This document shows, piece by piece, positions 24,593-24,691 of a stretch of DNA of 24,691 bases. The DNA is from a virus (Duplodnaviria; Caudoviricetes), in the IMG/VR virus record IMGVR_UViG_3300027533_000086, positions 1 to 24,691 of that record. The stretch is one strand, 5' to 3'. The position numbers were made by a program, and so were the translations under genes. The number at the start of each line of letters is the position of its first letter. Position 1 is the stretch's first letter. The notes below the pieces were generated by a model. That model saw nothing but the letters and a program-made list of their open reading frames with translations, was not told the origin of the DNA and did not search any database.

Positions 24593-24690
24593 CCATTGCT
24601 ATCAGTGACCTCCACCTTAGCTTGCTCCCGCCCGCGTGCCGGGCGGACAAGGACTGGATGGGAGTTCAAGCCCATTACCTCCAGCAAGTG
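24571..24690 (+). CDS. sbcD: SbcD/Mre11-like metallophosphoesterase, 5' part (truncated by window)
   Basis: MREPNPIAIAISDLHL carries the DxH motif I; overlaps the end of sbcC. Confidence 0.7.
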   Translation, partial: MREPNPIAIAISDLHLSLLPPACRADKDWMGVQAHYLQQV

Positions 24691-24691
24691 C

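Noticed and set aside
1-24691. Stop-codon reassignment
   Set aside because: Genes tile densely under the standard code, and TAA, TAG and TGA all terminate genes.

Overview
This is a fragment of a large dsDNA bacteriophage genome; no structural genes, integrase, tRNA or CRISPR array are visible. The long + strand operon (2755-21913, resuming at 23570) encodes a nearly self-sufficient replication/recombination set: HTH initiator, DnaB-like helicase, beta-clamp, DnaX-like loader, a PolA split into UDG/3'-5' exonuclease and polymerase genes with an HNH gene between them, gp32-like SSB, UvsY-like, RecA/UvsX-like, 5'-3' exonuclease, Hjc-like resolvase, a half SbcC and the start of SbcD. Embedded in it is a 7-deazaguanine DNA-modification cluster (queD, queE, a PRTase-folE fusion and a dpdA-like gene; no queC in the window). 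Two islands of small early-type genes (1-2538 and 21915-23468) share a regulatory signature: six sigma54-like GG-N10-GC motifs, five placed to give near-leaderless mRNAs, plus a conserved helically phased 37-bp upstream element and an IHF consensus site. Three genes are frameshifted, two by short tandem duplications at hairpins and one around an A-AAA-AAC slippery site. All calls come from motif recognition by eye; no database search was run.
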